A DNA stretch of 64,000 nucleotides, taken from assembly GCA_017961175.1 (NCBI GenBank), contig JAGCXV010000003.1:16387-80386 (forward strand), read 5' to 3'. The translations under genes were made by a program, and so were the position numbers. The notes below the pieces were generated by a model, which ran no database searches, was not told the origin of the DNA, and worked only from the letters and a program-made list of their open reading frames with translations. Below, one piece after another: positions 51,318 to 60,711 of the stretch. Origin of the DNA: Bacteroidales bacterium (GTDB taxonomy: Bacteria; Bacteroidota; Bacteroidia; Bacteroidales; UBA932). The first letter of the stretch is position 1. Each line of letters opens with the position of its first letter.

Positions 51318-52877
51318 CTATTTCCTCCCTTTCATCAGTTCAACAAACGGATTCATATAGTTGGCGCCCTTCTCGGTTACGCCGTCAAGTCCCTTACCGC
51401 CGTTCTTAGGACGTTTCACATCGCCGAACTTGCCCTGTTCCAGGGTGTTGAAAAGACCTTCGGAAGTCATTTCCTTAAGCAGGGCGATTGCATTGTCCAG
51501 AACTTCCTTGGCGCGGCTGCGGATGATACCTCCCTCCTTGAACTCAACTTCCTCTCCGATATCGTGGAGATTGTTGAAAATGTAGTTTGCGTTCTCGATG
51601 GAGAGGAAACGGTCGCTCATGAACGGAGTGTGGATTGCCTCGGTCGGCATACCCAGAAGCTGGAGGCCCTGATGAGTCCAGATACCCACGATGTTGAACA
51701 GGGCATCCTGGATATGGCCCCTGAAAATGTTTCCGGTCATGAACTTTGTAGGCGGCATATACTTCAGCGGAGCCTTAGGGAAGATCTCCCTTGTCATCTG
51801 TGCCTGAGCCAGTTCCAGAAGGAATCCGTTCTTGTGCATAGGATCCATCTCGAATGCGTGGCCCAATCCCATCTGCTCCTCAGGCAGTCCGGCAAACAGT
51901 GCCAGCTGCTCGTTTATGAGGTCTGAAGCCAGCACGGTGTGTGCGGCCTCGATTGCATCTGCTGTGGTAAGGTAGTTGTCCTCGCCGGTGTTGATGATAA
52001 CACCTGCAAAGCCGTTGATTATCCTGGAGAAATACTGGTCGATCAGGGTACGCTGCATGTTGATGTCGCGGAAGAGGATTCCGTAAAGGGCATCGTTGAG
52101 CATAACGTCCAGTCCCTCAAGGGCTCCCATAATCGCGATTTCAGGCATGCAAAGTCCTGAGCAGTAGTTGCAAAGGCGGATGTAGCGGTGGAGCTCCTCA
52201 CCTACCTCGTCCAGAGCCTTGCGCATGATGCGGAAGTTCTCCTGGGTGGCGAAGGTTCCGCCGAATCCTTCTGTCGTGGCTCCGTAAGGCACATAGTCCA
52301 GAAGGCTCTGGCCGGTTGTACGGATAACGGCTATGATGTCCGCTCCCTGCCTTGCAGCGGCCTGGGCCTGAACCACATCCTCGTAGATGTTACCCGTAGC
52401 CACAATTACATAGATGTATGGGCGTGCGCGGTCCTCACCGTATTCGGCAACATATTTTTCCCTGCGCAGGCGGTGATTGCGTATCCTCTCGATGGTCGCG
52501 TCAATCACAGGCTGTACGGCAGCCTGAAGCACCGCAGGATCTGTAATGCGGGCTTCCTTGGTGATGTCAAAGCCCTCGTTTGCAATTTTTTCAGCAATCT
52601 GCTGTGGAGTCAGGCCGGTGGCTATCATCGCGTTGGCAATGTAGAACATCACTCCCTGCGACAGCACCCCTTTCTCCTTGAGCTGCTCTACCAGAACGTT
52701 AGGAAGCGGGACGGCACTCTCGTCCACGCCGTCTATGCCCAGGGCGCGGGCGATGGTCCTTTCCGTAGCAACGGTAGTATAGCGCTCCACAAAAGTCTGA
52801 ACCTCGACCGCAACCTTCTCTGCCAGGGATTTGGCCAGGGCGACTTTCTCAAAATCTAAACCTACTTTACTCTGCAT
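51318..52877 (-). CDS. kamD: D-lysine 5,6-aminomutase alpha subunit
   Basis: 519 aa TIM-barrel-type protein. Size and context fit KamD. Confidence 0.8.
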   Translation of the reverse strand: MQSKVGLDFEKVALAKSLAEKVAVEVQTFVERYTTVATERTIARALGIDGVDESAVPLPNVLVEQLKEKGVLSQGVMFYIANAMIATGLTPQQIAEKIANEGFDITKEARITDPAVLQAAVQPVIDATIERIRNHRLRREKYVAEYGEDRARPYIYVIVATGNIYEDVVQAQAAARQGADIIAVIRTTGQSLLDYVPYGATTEGFGGTFATQENFRIMRKALDEVGEELHRYIRLCNYCSGLCMPEIAIMGALEGLDVMLNDALYGILFRDINMQRTLIDQYFSRIINGFAGVIINTGEDNYLTTADAIEAAHTVLASDLINEQLALFAGLPEEQMGLGHAFEMDPMHKNGFLLELAQAQMTREIFPKAPLKYMPPTKFMTGNIFRGHIQDALFNIVGIWTHQGLQLLGMPTEAIHTPFMSDRFLSIENANYIFNNLHDIGEEVEFKEGGIIRSRAKEVLDNAIALLKEMTSEGLFNTLEQGKFGDVKRPKNGGKGLDGVTEKGANYMNPFVELMKGRK

Positions 52878-52906
52878 ATTCAGTCAGTTTGTCGTGAAGT
52901 ACTTAT

Positions 52907-54307
52907 TTAATCTTTGTTTTCGTTCAATATCTTTTCTGCTTCGCCGAGCCATACAGGGTCGATATCCAGACTGCGGGCCACATTTATGGCCTCGTGCGGA
53001 ATCTCTCCCTCGGATGTCTCGATCAGCGTATAATCCATTTTTCCGTCTACAAGACCTCTCACCTTCAGGCGGCGGAAGAAATCTCCAGGCACATTGTAGT
53101 GGGTTGTCATAAGAACGGATATCCTCTTGTCTTTCAATATATTCAAAAGGGCTGTGACCAAAGCCGTACCCTCAATCGGGTTGGTGGTCCTGGCCGGCTC
53201 GTCTATCAGTGCCAGCATCCTGTTCCCGGTGCGCATTCCCTTGAGGACGTTGTCAATCGCCTTGACTTCTCCCGCAAAGGAACTCAGGCCGGAAGAAAGA
53301 TCCTGGTCGTCGCCGATGCAAACCCTTATGTCTTCCTTAATATCTATTGCAGCGCTCTTTGCGGCCACTCCGAACCCGAACTGGAAGAGCAGCTGATTCA
53401 GGGCCGTCATCTTCAGCGCAACGGTCTTTCCGCCCATATTCGCCCCGATAATGGTAACACTCTCAAGGCCGAACTGCAGGTCCACAGGCATGAAAGTCCT
53501 CTTCTTTCCCCCCACAGCCGCCTGAGACTCATACTTGCGGACCACGTAAGGATGGAACATTGCCTTGTACGAGGTTATGGAATCATCGGAGATCTCAGGT
53601 ATGCAAAGCCCCATCATCTTCATCTGCAGGGCTTTGGCAAGCAGGACATCCAGGTCTCCCATAGCATCCATACCGGCCTTGATTTCCGCCAGATGGTTCT
53701 TCAGCAGATGGGAAAGATCCTCCCTGATATCCCTTTCCACAAGCCTCTCCTTTTCCAGAAGCTCCAATAGCCTCGGCGATGTAAGTTTCAGGTCCGGAGA
53801 AAGCCCCTGAAGCTTTCTTATATCTGCCCTTATCCTTCCAAGTTCCTTGGAATAAGCGTCATACACATAGAAGCTCTCTATCTTCATTCCCTCCGGATCC
53901 AGTATGGAAACCACCTGAGCGAGGTCCGGAATCTCCACTGCCAGGCCGAGAGCCTTCACGTCCTTGGCCACGTTTCCGGCCAGAAGCGCCAGGTACTTGA
54001 CCTCGAACAGATCCACATCATCCAGTATCACATCCCTGCCCAGACGGTCCAGCGTTCCGCTGATGTCCCTAAGGCACATAAGCCTGTGCTTCAGCGATGC
54101 CAGGGCTGAAGAAGCCTTTCCGTCCCCGTCCACATAAAGGGTGCGGAAACAGTCTCCAAGCCTCTTCAGGGATGTCTCTATCTCCCCTTTTTCCGTCATG
54201 AACGGAGACTGCAGCAGGCGGCTGCGGCCGTAAGACGACTGCAGCTGAAGCTCATCAACCATGAACCTCAACCCGCAAGGAATATCCAGACACTCTTTAA
54301 GTAACAT
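52907..54307 (-). CDS. MutS-domain-V ATPase inside the kam operon (putative aminomutase reactivase ATPase, KamC-like)
   Basis: 466 aa. Walker A IIGANMGGKT and Walker B LALIDEPARTTNP. No mismatch-recognition N-terminal domain. Confidence 0.6.
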   Translation of the reverse strand: MLLKECLDIPCGLRFMVDELQLQSSYGRSRLLQSPFMTEKGEIETSLKRLGDCFRTLYVDGDGKASSALASLKHRLMCLRDISGTLDRLGRDVILDDVDLFEVKYLALLAGNVAKDVKALGLAVEIPDLAQVVSILDPEGMKIESFYVYDAYSKELGRIRADIRKLQGLSPDLKLTSPRLLELLEKERLVERDIREDLSHLLKNHLAEIKAGMDAMGDLDVLLAKALQMKMMGLCIPEISDDSITSYKAMFHPYVVRKYESQAAVGGKKRTFMPVDLQFGLESVTIIGANMGGKTVALKMTALNQLLFQFGFGVAAKSAAIDIKEDIRVCIGDDQDLSSGLSSFAGEVKAIDNVLKGMRTGNRMLALIDEPARTTNPIEGTALVTALLNILKDKRISVLMTTHYNVPGDFFRRLKVRGLVDGKMDYTLIETSEGEIPHEAINVARSLDIDPVWLGEAEKILNENKD

Positions 54308-54309
54308 TC

Positions 54310-55326
54310 CTAAATACTTTCTCCGTTCTTAACTATATCATATACAGGCACTCCAACGGCCTCATACATTTTCTTGCAAAGCAGATCCGAATCCAGCACG
54401 ATTCCCCGTGGAGAAACCGGATTGACGCATACGGCTATCAGCTTGCTGCGTCTGAGCACCCTGAGCCTTCCCCCTTTCCTGAGAAAGATTCTCCAGTTCT
54501 GCTCATTGACGAATATCTTGGTGAAATCGCTCACCACCAGCTCGATCTCCTTGACTCTCTTCGAGTCTGAGATCAGGCCCAGGAACCTGTCCGTCAAAGC
54601 TCCCGCTACGAAAACCGCCTCGCACCTTCCCGTCAGATCATCCTTTATCTTGTCTATGGCAAGGGAGGATTCAACCTGGAAATCAATGAGATTCCCCTCC
54701 TTGTCCATTCCCCACACACCTTTTTCCCTGCCATCAAAAGCAGAGCGGAACTTTTCCTCTGCCCTTTCCAACCTCACCAGCTCTACTATGAACTTTGTCC
54801 TCCTTACCAGGGTGGCCAAATCAGCGGAATAGGCCGCACCCGTCGTAAGTATCAGGCTTTCACTTATCACGGGCGATGCGCTGCTAAGCCTGGAAAGCGC
54901 TCCGTCCACTATCGTAAGGTCCGGACTGAACTTCTCCACACCCTGAACCCAGCGGGCCAGCCCCTGTGCGGAAGACGGTCCGCTCAGCATCACCTTTCCC
55001 CCTCTCACCACTCGGGCAGTCACTATCCTGCCCAATGAACTCCTCTCGGAAGTAATCTCCAGAAGATCAGCCAGAAGTTGCCTCCTTGCGTAAAAGACTT
55101 CTGAAGTGGAAAATATGGTCCCATCCTTGAGGATTATCTCAGGCTTGGCCGTTCCGGTCACCTGATCCTTGCTCTCCCCGTCTATCCCGATAGAGGTTAC
55201 CGCCACGTGAAAGGATGACGGTAACCTTTCCAGGATATAATTCAAACACACTGTCTTTCCGGTGTTCTTCTCCAGCCCAACTATAGAGAGGCTTTTGAGG
55301 TTTTGTATCTGACCGATGAAAGACAT
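54310..55326 (-). CDS. P-loop-like protein inside the kam operon (putative reactivase partner, KamB-like)
   Basis: 338 aa with N-terminal VGLEKNTGKT. Lies 2 nt upstream of the MutS-like gene. Confidence 0.5.
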   Translation of the reverse strand: MSFIGQIQNLKSLSIVGLEKNTGKTVCLNYILERLPSSFHVAVTSIGIDGESKDQVTGTAKPEIILKDGTIFSTSEVFYARRQLLADLLEITSERSSLGRIVTARVVRGGKVMLSGPSSAQGLARWVQGVEKFSPDLTIVDGALSRLSSASPVISESLILTTGAAYSADLATLVRRTKFIVELVRLERAEEKFRSAFDGREKGVWGMDKEGNLIDFQVESSLAIDKIKDDLTGRCEAVFVAGALTDRFLGLISDSKRVKEIELVVSDFTKIFVNEQNWRIFLRKGGRLRVLRRSKLIAVCVNPVSPRGIVLDSDLLCKKMYEAVGVPVYDIVKNGESI

Positions 55327-55336
55327 TGTGCATCAG

Positions 55337-56677
55337 TTACTTCTTTTTTGCAACCTTCTTTGCTGCAGGCTTCTTTGCCACCGGTTTCTTTGCCTTTGCA
55401 TTCTTGGCGGCAGCAGCAAGCTTTGCACGGTACTTGACAGCCCTGTCTTCCCTTGCAAGGTGGGCAGGCTGGATTGTCATCTGCTTTCCTTCCAGGAGAG
55501 AAACGACACCGTCGCACTCCTTGTTCTCCTTGCAATACTTGCAGTTGCACTTTTCTGCCTTGTAATCTTCAGGCTCAGTGTAGGTTGTAATAACACCCTC
55601 AAAGTTTCTGAGGACAACCTTGCCAGGAGCCTGGGAGATAATGTAGTTAGGCATTACAGGAGTCTTTCCGCCTCCGCCTGGAGCATCCACCACGAAAGTA
55701 GGAACTGCGTAGCCGCTGGTATGGCCCCTGAGGCCCTCGATGATTTCTATACCCTTTGATACAGGAGTACGGAAATGCTCGATACCCATTGAAAGGTCGC
55801 ACTGATAGATGTAGTAAGGCCTTACCCTCATCTTCACCAGCTCGTGAACCAGCTTCTTCATAATGTTCACGCAGTCGTTTACTCCGCGAAGCAGAACGCT
55901 CTGGTTTCCGAGAGGAATACCGGCATCGGCCAGCCTTGCGCAGGCTGCGGAACTCTCCGGAGTAACCTCCTGAGGATGATTGAAGTGGGTGTTGAGCCAG
56001 ATAGGATGGTACTTCTTGAGCATGTTGCAAAGCTCAGGAGTGATTCTCTGAGGGCAAACTACAGGAACACGGCTGCCGATCCTTATGATTTCCACGTGCT
56101 TGATCGCGCGTACCTTCTTGATGATGTACTCCAGCCTCTCGTCAGGAACCATCAGGGCGTCTCCGCCGGAAAGCAGGACGTCCCTTACCTGAGGAGTGTT
56201 CTTGATGTACTCGATAGCCTTCTCCACATTGTCCATGGAAGTAGCGGCGTCTGTCTGGCCGGCGAACCTTCTTCTGGTGCAGTGACGGCAATACATTGAG
56301 CACATGTCTGTTATAAGCAGAAGCACTCTGTCCGGATAACGGTGAGTCAGCCCCGGAACAGGAGAATCGGTATCCTCGTGCAGAGGGTCCAGAAGGTCAG
56401 CGTCTGCACGGTGGGTCTCGTTGATTGTAGGAATGCACTGCTTCCTTACCGGGTCTTCAGGATTGTTTGGATCTATAAGACTCAGGTAATAAGGAGTAAT
56501 GGCCATTCTGATAGTCTTCAGAGACTCTCGGATGCCCTCCTCCTCTTCCTTGGAAAGCTTGATGTATTTCTTCAGCTTCTCCAAAGTCTCGATCCTGTTC
56601 CTTACCTGCCATTTCCAGTCGTTCCACTGGGCGTCGGTAACTTCAGGAAAGAGTTGTTTTCTTCTTGAAACTGCCAT
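55337..56677 (-). CDS. kamA: Lysine 2,3-aminomutase (radical SAM) with A/K-rich C-terminal extension
   Basis: 446 aa with the CSMYCRHCTRRR radical-SAM motif. Ends AKLAAAAKNAKAKKPVAKKPAAKKVAKKK. Confidence 0.88.
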   Translation of the reverse strand: MAVSRRKQLFPEVTDAQWNDWKWQVRNRIETLEKLKKYIKLSKEEEEGIRESLKTIRMAITPYYLSLIDPNNPEDPVRKQCIPTINETHRADADLLDPLHEDTDSPVPGLTHRYPDRVLLLITDMCSMYCRHCTRRRFAGQTDAATSMDNVEKAIEYIKNTPQVRDVLLSGGDALMVPDERLEYIIKKVRAIKHVEIIRIGSRVPVVCPQRITPELCNMLKKYHPIWLNTHFNHPQEVTPESSAACARLADAGIPLGNQSVLLRGVNDCVNIMKKLVHELVKMRVRPYYIYQCDLSMGIEHFRTPVSKGIEIIEGLRGHTSGYAVPTFVVDAPGGGGKTPVMPNYIISQAPGKVVLRNFEGVITTYTEPEDYKAEKCNCKYCKENKECDGVVSLLEGKQMTIQPAHLAREDRAVKYRAKLAAAAKNAKAKKPVAKKPAAKKVAKKK

Positions 56678-56688
56678 AAAACCAGTTA

Positions 56689-57762
56689 TTAAGCGTAAAG
56701 TTCCTCAAAAATCTTTCTCAGTTTCTCGCACTCGCGGAGTTCCTGGAGAGTGATCTCGGCGTGGCCCTTGGTGTAGCCGTTACCGATAATCATGTTAACA
56801 TCTGCTCCGATACCCTCTGCTCCCAGTGCAGCCTTAGTGAAGCTGGTTGCCATTGAGAAGAAGTATACGATACCGTCGTCCTTGGTGCAAAGAACAGAAG
56901 TCATCTCCTGGTCAGGAACATTGACGCAGTTGATGGTAACGTCTGCCAGCTTGCCGTCTGTCAGCTTGCTTACGAGCTCGTTAACCTGAACCGGAGTCAT
57001 TCCGGATACGCTCTCAACTACATCGCAGAAGCCAAGATCCTTGATACGGTTGGTTGACCTTGGGCTGTTGGCAAGACCGATAACCTTACCGGTAACGCCT
57101 ACCCTCTTCTTAGCCTCATAGCAGCAGAGCATACCGCTCTTTCCGCCAGCGCCGAGGATAACGACTGTCTGGCCGCTCTGGCAGAGCTTTGCAGTCTGTG
57201 CAGGAGCGCCGGCAACGTCCAATGCGCTGAGAGCCAGTTTCTCCGGCATATCGTTAGGAATCTTTGCGTAGATACCGCTCTCGAAGAGAATAGCCTTTCC
57301 CTTGATGTCTACCTGGTCTACATCTGCCTTGATGTTGATAATCTCGTCGATGCGAAGAGGAGTCAGTGACAGGGATACCAGAGTAGCGATACGGTCGCCT
57401 TCCTTCAGGTCGATCTTTCCCTTGAGGGCGTCTCCGATCTTCTCTACTGTTCCAAGAAGCATACCTCCGGAACCGGTACGGCGGTTGCGGTGCTTGCCCT
57501 GAAGCTCTACGTTAAGGAACATCTCCTTCTTGATTTCCTCCATTACCTCGGCCTCGTCGTTAGGGTTCTTGGCCTGGGATTTTGCGTAGTTGTGAATATC
57601 GGTGAAAGAAGCTGAATCTATGTTAAGTGTCTGGACATCTATGAGAATCTCGTTATCGTAAATCTCATCCATATTGTTGTCCAACTTGTTTGCCGGCTGA
57701 GGCAGAACGCCAATCGGCTCAATTACACGGTGGGTACCGTAGCGATTTCCATGTTTTTGCAT
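56689..57762 (-). CDS. kdd: L-erythro-3,5-diaminohexanoate dehydrogenase
   Basis: 357 aa. YGTHRVIEP N-terminal motif and GAGGKSG dinucleotide fold. Operon context supports the call. Confidence 0.8.
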   Translation of the reverse strand: MQKHGNRYGTHRVIEPIGVLPQPANKLDNNMDEIYDNEILIDVQTLNIDSASFTDIHNYAKSQAKNPNDEAEVMEEIKKEMFLNVELQGKHRNRRTGSGGMLLGTVEKIGDALKGKIDLKEGDRIATLVSLSLTPLRIDEIINIKADVDQVDIKGKAILFESGIYAKIPNDMPEKLALSALDVAGAPAQTAKLCQSGQTVVILGAGGKSGMLCCYEAKKRVGVTGKVIGLANSPRSTNRIKDLGFCDVVESVSGMTPVQVNELVSKLTDGKLADVTINCVNVPDQEMTSVLCTKDDGIVYFFSMATSFTKAALGAEGIGADVNMIIGNGYTKGHAEITLQELRECEKLRKIFEELYA

Positions 57763-57799
57763 ATTGTTTGTCTTGTTTTAAAAATGTTCAACGATTTAA

Positions 57800-58633
57800 T
57801 TATTTGCGCGGTGCTAGACCGAGTATCTCGCGGGCCTCGTGGCTGTTTGCTATAGGCCTGCCGAGTTCATTTGCCAGGCGGACTACCTTCTCCACCAGGG
57901 CGCCGTTGGACGGAGCCAGAACGCCTCTTGACAGATAGAGGTTATCCTCGAAACCTACCCTGACGTTACCGCCCATGGCGATAGCGGCTGCTGCCATAGG
58001 GAATGCGTGGCGGCCCACTCCGGTAACTGTCCAGGTGCTGCCGGCAGGAATTCCGTTAACCAGCCAGCAGAGGTTGGCAACCGTGGCAGGAGTACATCCT
58101 GGTACGCCCAGCACGAAATTGAACTGCATAGGAGCTCCAGGCACCTCGCCCTTGCGAGCCATAGTGAGGATAGTATCCAGATGACCCATCTCAAAGCACT
58201 CGTACTCAGGCTTTATGCCACGTTCAATCATACGCTTTCCGAATGCTCTCATGGTAGGCATGGTGTTGTCGAATATCTCATCTCCGAAGTTGCAGGTTCC
58301 GCAATCGAGGGTGGCCATTTCAGGCAGAGGATCGGTATCCGTGCTCTGGAGCCTCTCGTCCGGAGTCATTCCTACGGCTCCTCCTGTGGAAGGAATCAGG
58401 ATAACATCCGGGCAAACCTTCAGGATTGCCTCCTCGCACTCCTGGAAGCGGTCTCTGGACTGGGTTGGAGTACCGTCGTCGAACCTTACGTGAAGGTGAA
58501 CGATAGCGGCTCCGGCATCTACTGCGCTCTTTGCCTCGCGTACGATTTCCTCAACTGTGTAAGGAACTGCCGGATTCTGCTTCTTGGTAACCTCAGCACC
58601 GCAGATAGCTGCTGTGATAATCAGTTTATCCAT
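57800..58633 (-). CDS. kce: 3-keto-5-aminohexanoate cleavage enzyme (BKACE/DUF849)
   Basis: 277 aa beginning MDKLIITAAICGAEVTKKQNPAVPYTVEEI...AIVHLHVR. Confidence 0.85.
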   Translation of the reverse strand: MDKLIITAAICGAEVTKKQNPAVPYTVEEIVREAKSAVDAGAAIVHLHVRFDDGTPTQSRDRFQECEEAILKVCPDVILIPSTGGAVGMTPDERLQSTDTDPLPEMATLDCGTCNFGDEIFDNTMPTMRAFGKRMIERGIKPEYECFEMGHLDTILTMARKGEVPGAPMQFNFVLGVPGCTPATVANLCWLVNGIPAGSTWTVTGVGRHAFPMAAAAIAMGGNVRVGFEDNLYLSRGVLAPSNGALVEKVVRLANELGRPIANSHEAREILGLAPRK

Positions 58634-58640
58634 ATCGCAT

Positions 58641-59030
58641 CTATTTCTTTCTCTGGCACTTGGCAGGAACTACGCAAGTTCCGCTGGCCCTGCAGACTAC
58701 TATTGGCTCATCCAGTACGTCAGCTGCAGAATCTGACACGTCCGGTCTAGGAACTATCACCTTGCGGGCCTCGAAGACCATCTTTCTGGAGGTATTTCCA
58801 ACGTGGGTTATCTCTCCTGTAGCCTCGATATAGTCTCCGGCAAATACAGGGGCGATGAACTCTACATTGTCATAAGCCTTGAAAAGGCCCTCGTCTCCGT
58901 CGTTGATAATAAGAAGCTCTGTAGCAACGTCTCCGAAGAGTTTCAGCATGTGGGCTCCGTCAACCAGGCCTCCGCCGTAATGGGCGTCTTCTCCACCCAT
59001 TCTTACTCTGATCAATGATTTTACTGCCAT
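58641..59030 (-). CDS. kal: 3-aminobutyryl-CoA ammonia-lyase (hotdog fold)
   Basis: 129 aa. Size and position between atoD and kce fit Kal. Confidence 0.7.
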   Translation of the reverse strand: MAVKSLIRVRMGGEDAHYGGGLVDGAHMLKLFGDVATELLIINDGDEGLFKAYDNVEFIAPVFAGDYIEATGEITHVGNTSRKMVFEARKVIVPRPDVSDSAADVLDEPIVVCRASGTCVVPAKCQRKK

Positions 59031-59031
59031 A

Positions 59032-59706
59032 CTATTCTCTTACTTTCTGAAGGTTGTTGGTAGACTGGTAGATGTGGGAAACAAAAACGTGAGGAGTGAT
59101 AACAGCCTCAGGCTTGATCTCTCCTGCAGGCACAATCTTCTCTGCTTCAACGATTACCACGTCTGCAGCAGCTGCCATCAATGGGTTGAAGTTCTGGGAA
59201 GTTCCTACATAGATGCAGTTACCTCTTTCGTCTGCAACGGTTGCTCCGATAAGGGCTACATCCGCCCTGAGAGGCTTCTCGAGGAGGTAAGTCTTGCCGT
59301 CAACCTCTACAGTTGGCTTTCCCTCAGCGATTACAGTACCCATTCCGGTGGTTGTCAGCACGCCGCCAAGGCCTGCTCCGCCGCAACGGATTCTCTCTGC
59401 CAGGGTTCCCTGTGGGCAGAATTCGATCTCGAGTTCACCTGCGTTCATCTGGGCAGCAGTGTCAGGATTGGTTCCGATATGGGAAACATAGAGTTTCTTG
59501 ATCTTGTGGGCGCCAATCAGATTGCCTACTCCAATCCCCTGATATGCAGTATCGTTGGAGATGAGGGTCAGATCTTTCACATCGCTCTTTGCCAGGGCGT
59601 CGAGGATGTCAAGAGGAGAACCGGCGGAGAGGAAACCTCCCACCATAATTGTCATACCGTCCTTAATCATAGAAACGGCTTCCTGTAATGAAATTCTTTT
59701 ATCCAT
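59032..59706 (-). CDS. atoD: CoA-transferase subunit A
   Basis: 224 aa with the [14 protein letters not shown] motif. First gene of the operon. Confidence 0.8.
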   Translation of the reverse strand: MDKRISLQEAVSMIKDGMTIMVGGFLSAGSPLDILDALAKSDVKDLTLISNDTAYQGIGVGNLIGAHKIKKLYVSHIGTNPDTAAQMNAGELEIEFCPQGTLAERIRCGGAGLGGVLTTTGMGTVIAEGKPTVEVDGKTYLLEKPLRADVALIGATVADERGNCIYVGTSQNFNPLMAAAADVVIVEAEKIVPAGEIKPEAVITPHVFVSHIYQSTNNLQKVRE

Positions 59707-59765
59707 AAGAAAACGATTTGAATATTATTTGTTTTGAAATTTGATTTTTTACTTCGTAAACCAAG

Positions 59766-59773
59766 CAAATATA
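59766..59773 (-). promoter_or_regulatory. -7 box TATATTTG upstream of the lysine fermentation operon
   Basis: Exact TAnnTTTG on the minus strand, 60 nt before the atoD ATG. No TTTG at canonical -33 spacing. Confidence 0.3.
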
Positions 59774-59892
59774 ATGAAAAATCTCCAAAAAAAATAACAA
59801 CGATGTTATATTTTTATTTCGCATTTTTTTCTGTAACTTCGCAAGATGCAGGACGGGATGTCCTGGAAAGGAAAATATAAACATTTCACGAT

Positions 59893-60672
59893 ATGGAATT
59901 CAAAAACCTCATCATCCAGCGGGAAGGAAACATCCGCATTGTAAAGATCAACAATCCACAGAGCATGAACGCCCTTAATTCAGAGGTGCTTGCTGAACTG
60001 GACCAGGCGTTTTCAGAGATAGAAACAGATCCTGAAACCAGCGCCGTAATACTGACCGGAGAGGGCCGGGCCTTCGTGGCCGGGGCAGACATCTCCCAGA
60101 TGAGCACCATGAACGCCGCCCAGGGCAAGGATTTCGGAGTACAGGGCTCCAAAGTCTTTCGTAAGATCGAGCTTTTGGGAAAACCTGTAATTGCTGCCAT
60201 CAACGGCTTCGCTCTTGGCGGAGGCTGCGAGCTGGCTCTTTCCTGCGATATCCGCATAGCTTCCTCAAAGGCAAAGATCGGCCAGCCGGAGGTCGGACTG
60301 GGCATTACTCCGGGCTTCTCAGGAACCCAGAGACTTCCTAGGATCGTCGGTGAAGGAAGAGCTAAAGAGCTAATTTACACCGCAAAGGCCATTACCGCCG
60401 ATGAGGCTTTCAGAATCGGTCTGGTCAACAGGGTTGTGGAGCCTGAACAGCTTATGGACGAGGCTATGGCCATGGCCAAGACCATCGCCAAGAATGCCCC
60501 TATTGCCGTAAGACTTAGCAAGGAGGCCATTGGCCGCGGAATGCAGACAGATATAGACACGGCCATCGCCATTGAAAACGACCTGTTTGCCCTCTGCTTC
60601 TCCACCGAGGACCAGAAGGAGGGAATGAAGGCATTCTTCGAGAAGAGGCCTGCAGAATGGAAAAACAAATAA
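59893..60672 (+). CDS. crt: Enoyl-CoA hydratase (crotonase)
   Basis: 259 aa with AAINGFALGGGCELALSCDIRIAS. Confidence 0.85.
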   Translation: MEFKNLIIQREGNIRIVKINNPQSMNALNSEVLAELDQAFSEIETDPETSAVILTGEGRAFVAGADISQMSTMNAAQGKDFGVQGSKVFRKIELLGKPVIAAINGFALGGGCELALSCDIRIASSKAKIGQPEVGLGITPGFSGTQRLPRIVGEGRAKELIYTAKAITADEAFRIGLVNRVVEPEQLMDEAMAMAKTIAKNAPIAVRLSKEAIGRGMQTDIDTAIAIENDLFALCFSTEDQKEGMKAFFEKRPAEWKNK

Positions 60673-60711
60673 CACACATTATAACCATTAACAATTTAAA
60701 ACTTTAGTACA

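Noticed and set aside
52907-54307. DNA mismatch repair MutS.
   Set aside because: Only the ATPase domain-V-like region is present; the mismatch-binding and connector domains are missing. The gene sits inside a tightly packed metabolic operon.
59707-59892. Possible lysine or cobalamin riboswitch upstream of the kam operon or crt.
   Set aside because: The region is very AT-rich. It shows only a 6-bp hairpin (59849-59865), and I could not find the conserved riboswitch cores (no B12 box-like or lysine-element G-rich junction sequences). A covariance-model scan would settle it.
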